Source: Auanema rhodensis (Eukaryota; Animalia; Nematoda). Taken from it: a DNA stretch of 64,000 nt. The DNA lies in NCBI GenBank assembly GCA_964057225.1, contig OZ059894.1:14198001-14262000 (forward strand). The letters are read 5' to 3'. Shown here piece after piece: positions 29,363 through 42,400 of this stretch. Position numbers and translations under genes: made by a program. Position 1 is the first letter of the stretch. Each line of letters begins with the position of its first letter. The notes under the pieces were generated by a model, which was given only the letters and a program-made list of their open reading frames with translations, was not told the DNA's origin and made no database searches.

Positions 29363-30973
29363 AAGAAGAGATGTAAAGAGGAATCACAAATGAAATAATG
29401 AGTAAACCGTTTTCATACAATAAGACTAACATTGCACATTTGCAATACTTAGTGTGACACATCGTATATCCAATTAAGGATAAACATTGCGATTAGAGGG
29501 ATTGGAAAAACGAAAAGCAAGATGGCTAAATCGAATACGTCAATGAGCTCTTCGACAATTGGACAAGAGGTTTCATATGTTGCCATCCGTATATCTTGTT
29601 CGAATTTGAGAGAGAGAGAGGGAGGAGAGAAAGAGAGAGAAAGAGTGAGAGAGAGAAAAGAAGAGAAATAGAAGACACAGAGAAAGTAAAAGAGCAGGAA
29701 ATGTGAAGGACAAATGAGAAATTGAGATGCATAGAATAAGAGAGAACTGTTATAAGAAAGAATAGGAGGTTATGATAGGATGATTTGCAAAAAGCTTGCA
29801 AATACTCAAATAAGAAAAGTGAAAGCATTTATCTTATAAATGATTATATGTATTCATGTGTTATCACATTAAATAAATTTGAAGATACCAACTAAAAAAG
29901 TCTGGATGAAGTAAAGGAATAGAATCTGAAGATTAGAGGGTGGTCTTGGTTCGATTGAATTAAAAAAAAACACGAATAAGCTGGAAAATAAATATCTGAC
30001 AGCTTAATCGGTAATTTCATTGCATTTAAAGAAAAATAAATGGATACTTTATGAAGATTTGCAGTCGAATTTGGATACAATTAGCTATAAGCTTCCAAAA
30101 TGTGCCAGACCATTAGAATGAAAATCAAGGATGAATCAGGAGAAAAGGATACGAAAAGACAACTGGCAAAGAAATGGATGATTGAGGCGGACAAAGATTT
30201 GTGTGTTATGTAAATTTTTGTGTAAAGCATGTGAAATAAGAAAAAAAAAGAAAATAAATTGATGCCTGTATTCTATAAAATAATATATAAAACATATAAT
30301 TTATTATTTTTTTTTTGCAAGCAAATTTATAAAAAACAAACAGATTTAATAAACATTTCTTGTTTAGTATACAAAATTTTATAATATTCTACAGCTTTAA
30401 ATCGATGAATAACTAATAATATATTTATATATTAAAGTTGATATATATAAAAATATTTTTTAAAATTAAAAATTTTATTAAAAAGAAATTAAAATTAAAA
30501 ATTTATTAATGAATTGTAAATAATAGTAAGTAATATATGATATGAATGATATAAATGGATAACAGTTGTATACCTTCATATGTATGTTGAAAAGGTTAAA
30601 TTGAAAATGATAATTAAATCAAATAAACACAATTTTTTATCAGAAAAATAGAATATACTGATAAAAATTTTCAACAGAAAAAAAAAAGTTTTTGTAAATA
30701 TTATAAAAAAAAAACAAAAAAAATATATGAATTATAAGAAAATATAAGTTTAACTTGAAAGCATGTAACTTGTTTCGTATGAGTATAATTTAAAAAGAGA
30801 AAAAAGAAAAAAACAATAATTATGCACTATACTATATGATTTATCTTATTTTTCATATAGTTACACTTAAAAATCTATTTAAAAAATATTTTGATCAATG
30901 ATAATCATATAATAATATTTTCTGACTAATTTCAGGGCTTTAGTTGTTTTGTGATCAAGATTAGCATATATCT

Positions 30974-31000
30974 ACGTGAATCACGTGAATCACGTGAATC
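30974..31000. promoter_or_regulatory. Triple 9-bp repeat ACGTGAATC containing two TCACGTGA E-box palindromes
   Basis: Sequence tACGTGAATCACGTGAATCACGTGAATC read directly; regulatory function is inferred. Confidence 0.4.
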
Positions 31001-31099
31001 ATTAAACTCAGATTTTAACTGAGTAATAACAGTTGAATGGTTGTGGACCGCTGTTCTTTATTTCCTCAAATTCGGTACATCATCCCAAACTCCGCGGCT

Positions 31100-31130
<31 letters not shown>

Positions 31131-32271
31131 TATCCTCTTCTATGAGTATACATAATCTCTCTCTCTCTATTTCTCTACCTGATATCTGTTCCCTGTTGTC
31201 AACCAGCATTTTGAAGTGACCAAACACACAGAGAACTTGAGTTTCGATGAGCAATAACACGTACACGAAGGAAGATACTGATGAGATGTGAGTTGTGAGA
31301 GCCAAACCGTACAAGAGACAGACAGTTCAAAAAGCTACCCACCTGAGAGGAAGAATTGCAAAGCTCTAAGCTATTTTATCTGATTATTTGTTATTTTAAT
31401 TTTATAAATTCTTTTTAATATTTAATTATTTATTATGTTTCCCTTAAAACTAATACTGTCTTCTTCTTCAAAAAGTTACTTTATAGAAGAATAATGCAAT
31501 AGTAACGTTTCATTGACCATTGATGATTAATCAATCATGTTTTTCATTTCTTAATCCGAGAAATACGATTTCCTTAACTATTTCTTCTAACACTTTATGC
31601 AAGTTTTTCTTGCTTTTCAAATATCTTATAACCAGATTCTATATTATAATATCTTTGTTTGTTAGTAAACTTATATAGAAACAACATTTTATAAAGATAT
31701 ACATATGTATGTATGTCTATATATAAGAAACATAAATTAATTTTGATATGAAATGATAATTTTTTAAATTTTTTATTTTATAATGAAGTATATAAGTTAT
31801 AAAATAACATATAATATCATTAAATTCTATAATATTATTAAAATAATTCTATAACCCTTATATGTATTTTCATAACTATATTATTATATTAGCTATACAG
31901 AATGGAATGTCCGAATTTCGCATATTGAATCTTTGACCAATTTGTCTCCTTTCTCTCATTCTCCGTATACTTTATTTCCTTTTTTCCTTTTCTACAAGTA
32001 CGAAAATCAACGATTTTGATCATTTCCTCAACAATCCTATGTTATAGAATACTATAGAATGATTAGAGACAACAAGATGCAAATTACGGATGGATCATGT
32101 ATGATTTAATCCGCCAAATATTTTCCAAATATGTTTACTTGAACAGAAAAACAGAGGCATAACGGTGAGATTAGGGTACAAGAAAGGAAGTACATGTATC
32201 GGAATGAGAGTAAGGGATATGGAAAAAGAATAAAAATTAAAAATAGAATAGAAAGAGATAGAAAATAGTAT

Positions 32272-32303
<32 letters not shown>

Positions 32304-35190
32304 TAAATATAATGATATACTATATGTTATAGTATAGACAGTAAACTATCTCTCACTTTTATCCTTTTGAGGTGATTGTTTATCAGTAATGTCTTTCTTT
32401 AACCACACGACATACGACTAACTAATGTCTTATCTTCCTCCTTACCTTATCTTGTTCGTTGCTTTGTCTCTGTGATCTTCATTATCCCTACAAACCTTTC
32501 TACCTATTATCAGAATGTTCTTCTTACTCAATACACATCTAGACCAATAAGATATACTCTTCTACTATCTCCTATATCCACATGTTTCTCTCTCACTCAT
32601 CCATATTCATCTATTGTCTCTACTTTCAACCTTATTCTTATTATCTTTTCTTTTTCCTCTCTTTCTCATTTAATTTGACCTTTATCTTCTGTTGTCAGAA
32701 TCTACTTCTGATCATAATCATCATCATCAACACCGTTACCGTCATCAGTTTCTTCGTCATCAGTATCACATTAGTATCATATTTTCTTATTTTGGTTAGA
32801 TATACTATCAATTAATTCAATCTATTCAATCATATTTATCAAAAATGTTATAATTATCGCTTTCTTCTACTAAATTTTTGCTAAAATTTATAAATTTGTT
32901 TGAATAAATTATCATTAAGGTTCATTTAATATTTTTTTGATATAATTATACTTCTTCAATACTTCTATACTTCTTCATCTTCAATTGTTTTCATCAATTC
33001 TTAAGATTTTGATTGGTTATATTACCTCCCTTAACATAGATACATCCACTTAATATTTCTTTTATAATTAAACCTTTTTATTTATAATTTATGTGAAAGT
33101 TTTCTCTATAATATAAAAACTAAATTAAACGATTTTTATCTCGGAATTTCCTATTTCTCATCATTAGTTCATAATAGTAAAGAGATGTAATATTCTTCTT
33201 CTACATCATCATCTTTATCATTTTCTTTCTTTTGTTTCATTTGGATATAATTGCAAAAACTTCAATTCAAATGTATTTATTTCAACCTTATAATATCAAG
33301 TCTCTGTTTTTCATTGACATTTTAACAAAACGGTTTTCCTACCTCTTCTATTACTCTCTATCTTCCTATCTCTCTCTCTCTCTTCTTCTCAAAAAAATAG
33401 AAAACAAGATAATCCAAATGAAAAAAAAACGATTCGAGACAGACAGATGGTTAAGGTCAAATGAGGACGACGGATGTTTTTGGTATTCCTTACATAAAAC
33501 TGTTGAAAATCGGCTTGTCGTCCCCAATTTCAACGTCCTTATCTGCTCTCGGCCATCGTTAAAGCCCTTGAACTAAGACGACAAAACCATTTTGGTTTAA
33601 GTTAGTCTATTACCATGTTAAATCAATTTCATCTCATTTGTTTTATTTTTTTAATGTCATTTCACTCTAAATTAGTTCAGAATGTGTCGAATTAGGAAAG
33701 AAATTTCTTTTTTTTTAGAAAATGTTTTCACGTAATAGTTTCACGTTTCCAGCTTCACGTTCAGAACACATTTTCATTTTCAATTTTTAAAATTCAATTA
33801 ATTGGTTGCATCATACTTTTAAGAATTAAAATTAAAATTTTGTCACTTTTTCATCAAAAAATTGACAAAACTGTTCAGTTTTATTTTCTTTCTTCATCAT
33901 AATCCAGCTATTTCTTTATTCTAATTTTTGACGAATAAGGAACGCTTCGTGAAATAGGGACAGTTTCTTTTCTTGACGATTTATAGCCGTTCTTTTCAAA
34001 TTAAAATTGATACGAAATCATAAATCAGATCCGGATAACGTTTACGTGATTAAAGGGCATATAAATCGTTTTTTCGTTCTCGGTTTTAAGAGTACGTAAC
34101 AAAAGGATTATCCTATTTTCTTGTATACAACATCACAATATTCAATATTTTCATAAAATACAAAAATATTTACAAAATGATACATTTTTTCTTCAAAATC
34201 TACGAAATGGTAATAGATATCAATAGAAGAAATCACCTCAATTGTCACTTTTCTTTATCGTTTTTGAGGGGGGGTGTCTTCTTCTAGCCGACACTTCAAC
34301 ATCAACCACATGATGTCCTTCAGAATTTCGGTCTGACCAATACTACCACCTGCAGAAAATCTATTAGTTTTGAACTTTTCGGAGGGTTAACGCGCGCAAG
34401 AAAGAGAAGAAAGAATATGCTCGTTTTACATGATTTTTTTTCATTCAACAATTAGAGAAATGCGGTTCGTTTTCATCAAATTTTTTTCATTCTTTTACTT
34501 TTTGAAGAAAAATCTTATTTCTGAAGTTTTATTCTCAATGTATGATCATTCATGTGATGCTTTCTTATTCTAATATAGTTTGTGATTGGATAATTAAGGA
34601 ATTTATTCATCCGTATGCTGTAAAAGGTCGATGATGTTCATTCATGTTGGCAAACTCTGTTAAATCTTCCTCATTATTGCTTTACAGCTAGTTTCTAAAT
34701 TCAATTTATTCACCTATTAATTAATATTATCTTTTCTTTTCATTTCTTGTCACATCTTCAGTTATCAACGTTTATTTTCAAGAAAACATGTCGCTTTCCG
34801 CTCTTATCATCCCACATATGGCATAACCGGCTTCCTAGTTCAATCGTCCGCCCCTCGCTACATCAGACTGAGACATCAGCTTGACCTTCAGAAGAGCAGA
34901 TCCAATCCAGTCCTTTTTAGTCATTTTTTCTATTTTTGATAATACTGATAAGTTGCAAATGAGCTCATCAATCGAATTTTTTTTTCATTCAATCATTTCG
35001 TCTTTTTTCGTTCTTTCAAATTGAAAAACTTTGAAATTTCACATAGAGACTTTATCTTGATCTCATGTTTAACACAAGCAAGTTCCTCTCGTTTTTGTTT
35101 TTATCTTAACTATATTTTCTGATAATTTTATTGTTTTTCATCTTACATTCATCCTTTATTCGTCTTTTATTCATTTCTTCATGTTATAGG

Positions 35191-38100
35191 ATGGGACTGC
35201 AATATAGATTGACAGCATTTTCTTTACTTGTACCACTTATCGCAGCAAATGAAACTTGCCTTAGGTTAAACTTTATTTCTTAAACTTGAAATCGAATTAA
35301 AGATGTTTAGTCAATCTCAATTAGCTGGAATAATATTTGGTAGTGTAGTAGGTTCTATTGTCATATGTACTGTAATCGCTATTATACTTTGGAGATGTAT
35401 GAAAAACCGAAGTAAGATTTGAAGTTTTAACACAAAATTTACACAAATTATAAATTCAAATTATATGCTAATATAGAAAATAATTATTAAGGTAAAGAAC
35501 CAAAAACAGAAGAAAAAGCTGCATACACTAATCCGGCTTGTGATGTTGAGGATAAAGCATGTGATGCTATATCAACAAAAAAACTTTCACAAAAAGATCA
35601 AGTAAGCTTTATAGCAATTATATTTCAAACTTTAGTTAAAACTTGTGTCAATATAACAATCGTAATGTAAAATGATGATACATATGTATGAATTCATGTT
35701 TTATATCAATTTTAACAAATATATCGAAAGAGAAATCTGAAAAAAAAAGAAAACAGACATGGAAGCGAATAAAGATTTTAAGTTTTATCTTTTTATAGAT
35801 GACGATGATTGACTCGTTCAAATTACGTCGAAAGGTTTTGGATGCAGGAACTCAAAAATCCTTTAGCAGTGAACACATTAATGAGGTTAGAAACAGGATT
35901 CAGCTTTAAACTCTGAAAAGGTTTCAAGAAAACAAGAATTATTTTTAGGTTGATGCTCAAGTTGGAGTTCAATTAGAAAGTGATGATCTTGGTGGATTTG
36001 GATTTAACATTATGGTTTGCATTTAAGAGAAAAGATTTTTGAAAATTTATAAATTTCAGGGCAATATGAATGAAGGAATATTCGTCAAAACAGTTCATCC
36101 CAAAGGACAAGCTGAAAAGACTGGCAATATATTAGAAGGTTAGTCACAAAATTATATAATTTAAAGTTTAATTTAATTAATTTAATTAAAGGTGATCGAA
36201 TTAAATCATTAACAATATCATTTGATGGTATGGTATGTGAAGATGCTATAACTTTATTAAGTTATTCATCTCCATATAAAGTAAAATTAGAATTAGAACG
36301 TCGATTACAATCAGATTCTCCTCAACCCATTGAAAATGGTTTGTTGCTTTGATTAATTTTCAATTTTCTTTTTGAATATTGTAGGCAGTCCACGACTTCA
36401 TCCTCTACTTCGTAGTAATACATTAACAAATATTCATTTCAATCCAATCAAGTACGTTTTGCAAAATCATTTGAAACTTATTTTACTTTCACTTAAGTTG
36501 TCCAACTACTCGTTGCCCATCATTAGAAACAACACAGCGTCATGCTTTACCAACAATCATTGATGAAGTTGTTCCTGGAAAGGAAGAAGAAATTCAAACA
36601 CCCGATAGTACTTCATCATGGACTGAAATAAGTCCAAGTAATACTGGTAATTTCAACGTGTTAATATGAATATTATGGTTTGATTTCAGCTATTGAGGGA
36701 GATGTTTCAAAAATGGAAAGTAGCGATTATGCTTCCGATAATACATCAGATTATCGTGAAAGTTTGTCAGATGATAAGGAAAGTAGTCAATGCTTATCAT
36801 CACAAGATAATAGCAGCATGAGAACGATTAGTGATCGAGTTGAGGTATTAGTTAGAAAGAAACTGATGTAATCGAAAATTCTGATTAAGATATCTGAACT
36901 TATTGTTGACAAGCCGTTTGTTACTCCCAGCCTTCCATCAGCTACAATTGAACATTGCACAGCTTTACCACCAAAACCACAGAAAATCGCATCTAGAGTA
37001 AGAGAAAACGAATATTCTTTGTTTATTTAGCTAAATTTTAGCCTCCATCTCCTAAAATCGTAGCCAAATCTCCATCACCCGTTCCACGTGTGCCAACTCC
37101 AACTCAAAGAAGAGTATGAAATATTAACCAAAATCATAACTAAACCATAATTCTAGCCTTCACCACCACCAACTCCACCTACGCCTCTAAAAACAAAATA
37201 TCAAGCACCACCTCCACCACAACAATCTGGAATACCAATAAGAAGAGAGAAAACTCAAACAAAAATGGTATTTCAATGCAATTTTTCAATAAAAAACCAA
37301 ACTGAAATTTTCAAAACATTGCCCCGAACCAGGATCGAACTGGTGACCTTTAGATCTTCAGTCTAACGCTCTCCCAACTGAGCTATCGAGGCACGCTTTA
37401 TAAAGAAGTAGAAATTATTGACGTACTGATAAAAACGAAAATTGTTACAGTACTCATAGATAGATTTTATGGTTACATGATCTCATTAGCTTTTTCAAGC
37501 TAAAACAACATGAAAACCGGCTGCAAATACAGATTAGAACAGCTATTTGAGCAAGCTCGTTCGTTTTCATAGATAATGATAAGATAATTGATATCCTATC
37601 TCAATCACGTTCCAAAACGGGAAATACCTATTGACGATCAGTTGGGATAGCAAATTGATGATTGATATACACAATCTTGAAGAAATGAACAGCTTACATA
37701 GTATATATTCCAAATAATTCAGGAAATATAATTTGGAAACATATTTATGAAAAAAAACAGCTGAGATAAAATAACATTCTTTTCTCTTTCTTCAGAGTCC
37801 CCCTAAAGCACCGGAAATCTGCGAAGCTCGAGTATCCCGCATTCCAAAACGTACAGATAGTATGAAGACACCAGTGTTGGAAAGAAAACTTCCTGCACTT
37901 CCAAGATCTGTAACACAGCGATCACACAGTGCAGAAGATAAATCTGATGACACTGTATGGAGCAGATTATATCAAGAAAAAAAGGGAACTCTTCGAAAAA
38001 CTAGAGAACCAACACCAACAAATACTGTTAGTTCTACGGTCACATCTCCAAAAATTCAAAGAACACCCAGCGCAGACAAGTGAGTTTATTATACAAATTG

Positions 38101-38264
38101 TAATTTTATGGAAAAAAGAATAGAAATTATAAAATTGTATATAAAAAGACTTTTCCTTATTCAGATATGCAAGCTTAAATAGAGAACATCGAGAAAAATT
38201 ACAATATAATCAGAATACGCTGGAACGTCAACGTGAAGAATTACGTCAGATGGGAATTTTATAA
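35191..38264 (+). CDS. Single-pass membrane protein with cytoplasmic AHNAK/periaxin-type PDZ domain, Pro-rich region and C-terminal coiled coil (multi-exon)
   Basis: Signal MGLQYRLTAFSLLVPLIAA; TM LAGIIFGSVVGSIVICTVIAIILW-RCMKNR; PDZ GGFGFNIM/GNMNEGIFVKTVHPKGQAEKTGNILE/GDRIKSLTISFDGMVCEDAITLLSYSSPYKVKLELER; Pro-rich PSPPPTPPTP; ends LERQREELRQMGIL*. Confidence 0.88.
37320..37392 (-). tRNA. tRNA-Phe (GAA), nested antisense in an intron of the PDZ gene
   Basis: GCCTCGATAGCTCAGTTGGGAGAGCGTTAGACTGAAGATCTAAAGGTCACCAGTTCGATCCTGGTTCGGGGCA: complete cloverleaf, A and B boxes, TTTT terminator just downstream. Confidence 0.97.
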
Positions 38265-38635
38265 AAATGTTTCTCGAATATTTTTTTAGTTTTGTTCTAG
38301 CTATTATTGTTGGTTTTATATATTCGCCTGCCTTGTTTGCCATTTTGGTTCGAAAGGCTGAAATTTCGCTTATTCGTGTTAACTTCGTCCTCAAACTTGC
38401 CTTTTATATCCCATAACTATAGATTTACTGACTGAAAAAACTCATTATTTATTATTATATGGAAAATTTGCAATCATCAGAGATGTTACTTATGACAGCT
38501 ATTACTTTCACAAATTCTATGATCAGATCAATTTGTAAATATAAATATTTGAAAACTTTTTTATAGTTTATAGTTGGCAAAACTTAATTGAACTCTCTCA
38601 AATACTATATAAAGGAAGACTTGAGCCATAAGTCA

Positions 38636-38884
38636 TCAGTACTAAGGACGATGTTCCTTTTCTATTGTAACTGATCTTATTTAGTCAGTTTAGTATCCAG
38701 AGCGGCCTGACGGTTGAGACAGGTAGGAACGCTTGGTAAGATCCCCGTTAGCAGCAGGAGAGAAGGCAGGCAGAAACACAGACTACAGGTGCGTCTGAAT
38801 TAACTCAGGAACGTTAAGTGAAGACTTGTTCTCCAGTTGGATTACAAGCCACGTAATGCCGAAGCTAAAGAATCTTGGTCTTTT
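38636..38884 (+). ncRNA. Candidate structured ncRNA of about 245 nt, class unassigned
   Basis: GC-rich intergenic island with no usable ORF; TATATAAA at 38606-38613; long G-U-rich rod; 3' hairpin 38821-38882 ending in TTTT (details in findings). Confidence 0.5.
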
Positions 38885-39463
38885 ACGAAACAAAAACTCT
38901 CAATCTTTCATGCGCAGTACACAAAAACCATCACAAAGTTAGTTTAACAAGTTTAAACATTTTAGAAACAAAACTATTATAATTTCGATTTTATGTTTTT
39001 TTTCAGTGCTTGGTCAACTAAATTAAAATTAAAATATTTCTTTATTTTTAAAATACATACACAACAACCTATTATATTTCTTACCAACTTAATTAACAAA
39101 AGTCTTCAACTTCTGTTCAAAATAGAAGCTAGTACTTATATTTCTAAATAATAAATTATGAAATATTCATAAATATATAATAACATCAAATTGTAAATTT
39201 TAAAATCAAAAAGGATATTCTAAGAATGAACATTACTACACCAATATCAAATTACAACAATCAAACAAACACATTTTTAAAAATAACTAATACATGTGAA
39301 CATATTTATGCGTGAAACAAAATGGCGAAATCTGCAAAAAAAGATATCAGCATTCCACTAAGTGGACAATACATTTATATACAAATTAATATTATTTCAT
39401 TTGATTAAAATATTTTCAATTAAAAAATTGAATAGCTTTTATAAATTATAATACGATGAATAA

Positions 39464-42400
39464 TTAAACAGTAAGAGAAAAACTAACTAATGACCCGAAT
39501 ATAACAGTTAAATATCTCATCGATACTGCCGAAGATGTCGTTATAGGTATTCTAGATGTTCGTCGAGTGTATTCCGGAGAAATGGTTGTACTACTACTGG
39601 AAGTCGCAGTCGGTACTGTGGTATTAGAAGCAACGGTGGGCTCTGCTGTGGTAGTAGAAGCAACGGTGGGCTCTACTGTGGTAGTAGAAGCGACTGTGGG
39701 CTCTGCTGTGGTAGTAGAAGCGACTGTGGGCTCGGCCGTGGTAGTAGAAGCAACGGTGGGCTCTGCTGTGGTAGTAGAAGCGACTGTGGGCTCGGCTGTA
39801 GTAGTAGAAGCAACGGTGGGCTCTGCTGTAGTAGTAGAAGCGACTGTGGGCTCTGCTGTGGTAGTAGAAGCGACAGTGGGCTCGGCTGTAGTAGTAGAAG
39901 CAACGGTGGGCTCAGCTGTGGTAGTAGAAGCGACAGTGGGCTCTGCTGTGGTAGTAGAAGCGACAGTGGGCTCTGCTGTGGTAGTAGAAGCGAATGTGGG
40001 CTCGGATGTAGTAGTAGAAGCAACGGTAGGCTCTGCTGTAGTAGTAGAAGCGACTGTGGGCTCTGCTGTGGTAGTAGAAGCAATGGTGGGCTCGGCTGTA
40101 GTAGTAGAAGCAACCGTGGCTTCTGCTGTGGTAGTAGAAGCGACTGTGGGCTCTGCTGTGGTAGTAGAAGCAATGGTGGGCTCGGCTGTAGTAGTAGAAG
40201 CAACCGTGGCTTCTGCTGTGGTAGTAGAAGCAATGGTGGGCTCGGCTGTAGTAGTAGAAGCAACGGTGGGCTCTGCTGTAGTAGTAGAAGCGACTGTGGG
40301 CTCGGCTGTAGTAGTAGAAGCGACTGTGGGCTCTGCTGTGGTAGTAGAAGCGACAGTGGGCTCGGCTGTGGTAGTAGAAGCGACAGTGGGCTCGGCTGTA
40401 GTAGTTGAAGCAACGGTGGGCTCTGCTGTGGTAGTAGAAGCGACTGTGGGCTCTGCTGTGGTAGTAGAAGCGACTGTGGGCTCGGCTGTAGTAGTAGAAG
40501 CGACTGTGGGCTCTGCTGTGGTAGTAGAAGCGACTGTGGGCTCTGCTGTGGTAGTAGAAGCAACGGTGGGCTCGGCCGTAGTAGTAGAAGCGACTGTGGG
40601 CTCGGCCGTAGTAGTAGAAGCGACTGTGGGCTCGGCCGTAGTAGTAGAAGCAACGGTAGGCTCTACTGTGGTAGTAGAAGCGACTGTGGGCTCTGCTGTG
40701 GTAGTAGAAGCAACGGTGGGCTCGGCCGTAGTAGTAGAAGCAACAGTGGGCTCTGCTGTGATAGTAGAAGCGACTGTGGGCTCGGCCGTAGTAGTAGAAG
40801 CAACGGTGGGCTCTGCTGTGGTAGTAGAAGCGACTGTGGGCTCGGCTGTAGTAGTAGAAGCAACGGTGGGCTCTGCTGTAGTAGTAGAAGCAACGGTAGG
40901 CTCTGCTGTGGTAGTAGAAGCGACTGTGGGCTCGGCCGTAGTAGTAGAAGCAACCGTGGGCTCTGCTGTGGTAGTAGAAGCGACTGTGGGCTCGGCCGTA
41001 GTAGTAGAAGCGACTGTGGGCTCTGCTGTGGTAGTAGAAGCGACTGTGGGCTCGGCCGTAGTAGTAGAAGCGACTGTGGGCTCGGCCGTAGTAGTAGAAG
41101 CAACGGTAGGCTCTACTGTGGTAGTAGAAGCAACGGTAGGCTCTACTGTGGTAGTAGAAGCGACTGTGGGCTCGGCCGTAGTAGTAGAAGCAACGGTAGG
41201 CTCTACTGTGGTAGTAGAAGCGAATGTGGGCTCTGCTGTAGTAGTAGAAGCAACGGTGGGCTCTGCTGTAGTAGTAGAAGCGACTGTGGGCTCGGCTGTA
41301 GTAGTTGAAGCAACGGTGGGCTCTGCTGTGGTAGTAGAAGCGACAGTGGGCTCTGCTGTAGTAGTAGAAGCAACGGTGGGCTCTGCTGTGGTAGTAGAAG
41401 CGACAGTGGGCTCTGCTGTAGTAGTAGAAGCAACGGTGGGCTCTGCTGTAGTAGTAGAAGCGACTGTGGGCTCGGCTGTAGTAGTAGAAGCGACTGTGGG
41501 CTCTGCTGTGGTAGTAGAAGCGACAGTGGGCTCGGCTGTGGTAGTAGAAGCGACAGTGGGCTCGGCTGTGGTAGTAGAAGCGACTGTGGGCTCGGCTTTA
41601 GTAGTAGAAGCGACTGTGGGCTCGGCCGTAGTAGTAGAAGCAACCGTGGCTTCTGCTGTGGTAGTAGAAGCAATGGTGGGCTCTGCTGTGGTAGTAGAAG
41701 CGACTGTGGGCTCTACTGTGGTAGTAGAAGCGACTGTGGGCTCGGCTGTAGTAGTAGAAGCAACGGTGGGCTCTGCTGTGGTAGTAGAAGCGACAGTGGG
41801 CTCTGCTGTGGTAGTAGAAGCGACAGTGGGCTCTGCTGTAGTAGTAGAAGCAACGGTGGGCTCTGCTGTAGTAGTAGAAGCGACTGTGGGCTCTGCTGTG
41901 GTAGTAGAAGCAACGGTGGGCTCTACTGTGGTAGTAGAAGCGACTGTGGGCTCGGCTGTAGTAGTAGAAGCGACTGTGGGCTCGGCTGTAGTAGTTGAAG
42001 CAACGGTGGGCTCTGCTGTGGTAGTAGAAGCGACAGTGGGCTCTGCTGTAGTAGTAGAAGCAACGGTGGGCTCTGCTGTGGTAGTAGAAGCGACAGTGGG
42101 CTCTACTGTGGTAGTAGAAGCGACTGTGGGCTCGGCTGTAGTAGTAGAAGCAACGGTGGGCTCTGCTGTAGTAGTAGAAGCGACTGTGGGCTCGGCTGTA
42201 GTAGTTGAAGCAACGGTGGGCTCTGCTGTGGTAGTAGAAGCGACTGTGGGCTCTGCTGTGGTAGTAGAAGCGACTGTGGGCTCGGCTGTAGTAGTAGAAG
42301 CGACTGTGGGCTCTGCTGTGGTAGTAGAAGCGACTGTGGGCTCTGCTGTGGTAGTAGAAGCAACGGTGGGCTCGGCCGTAGTAGTAGAAGCGACTGTGGG

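Noticed and set aside
38616-38642. Hammerhead core (CTGATGA on the - strand; also at 23638 on +)
   Set aside because: No GAAA after the putative stem II.
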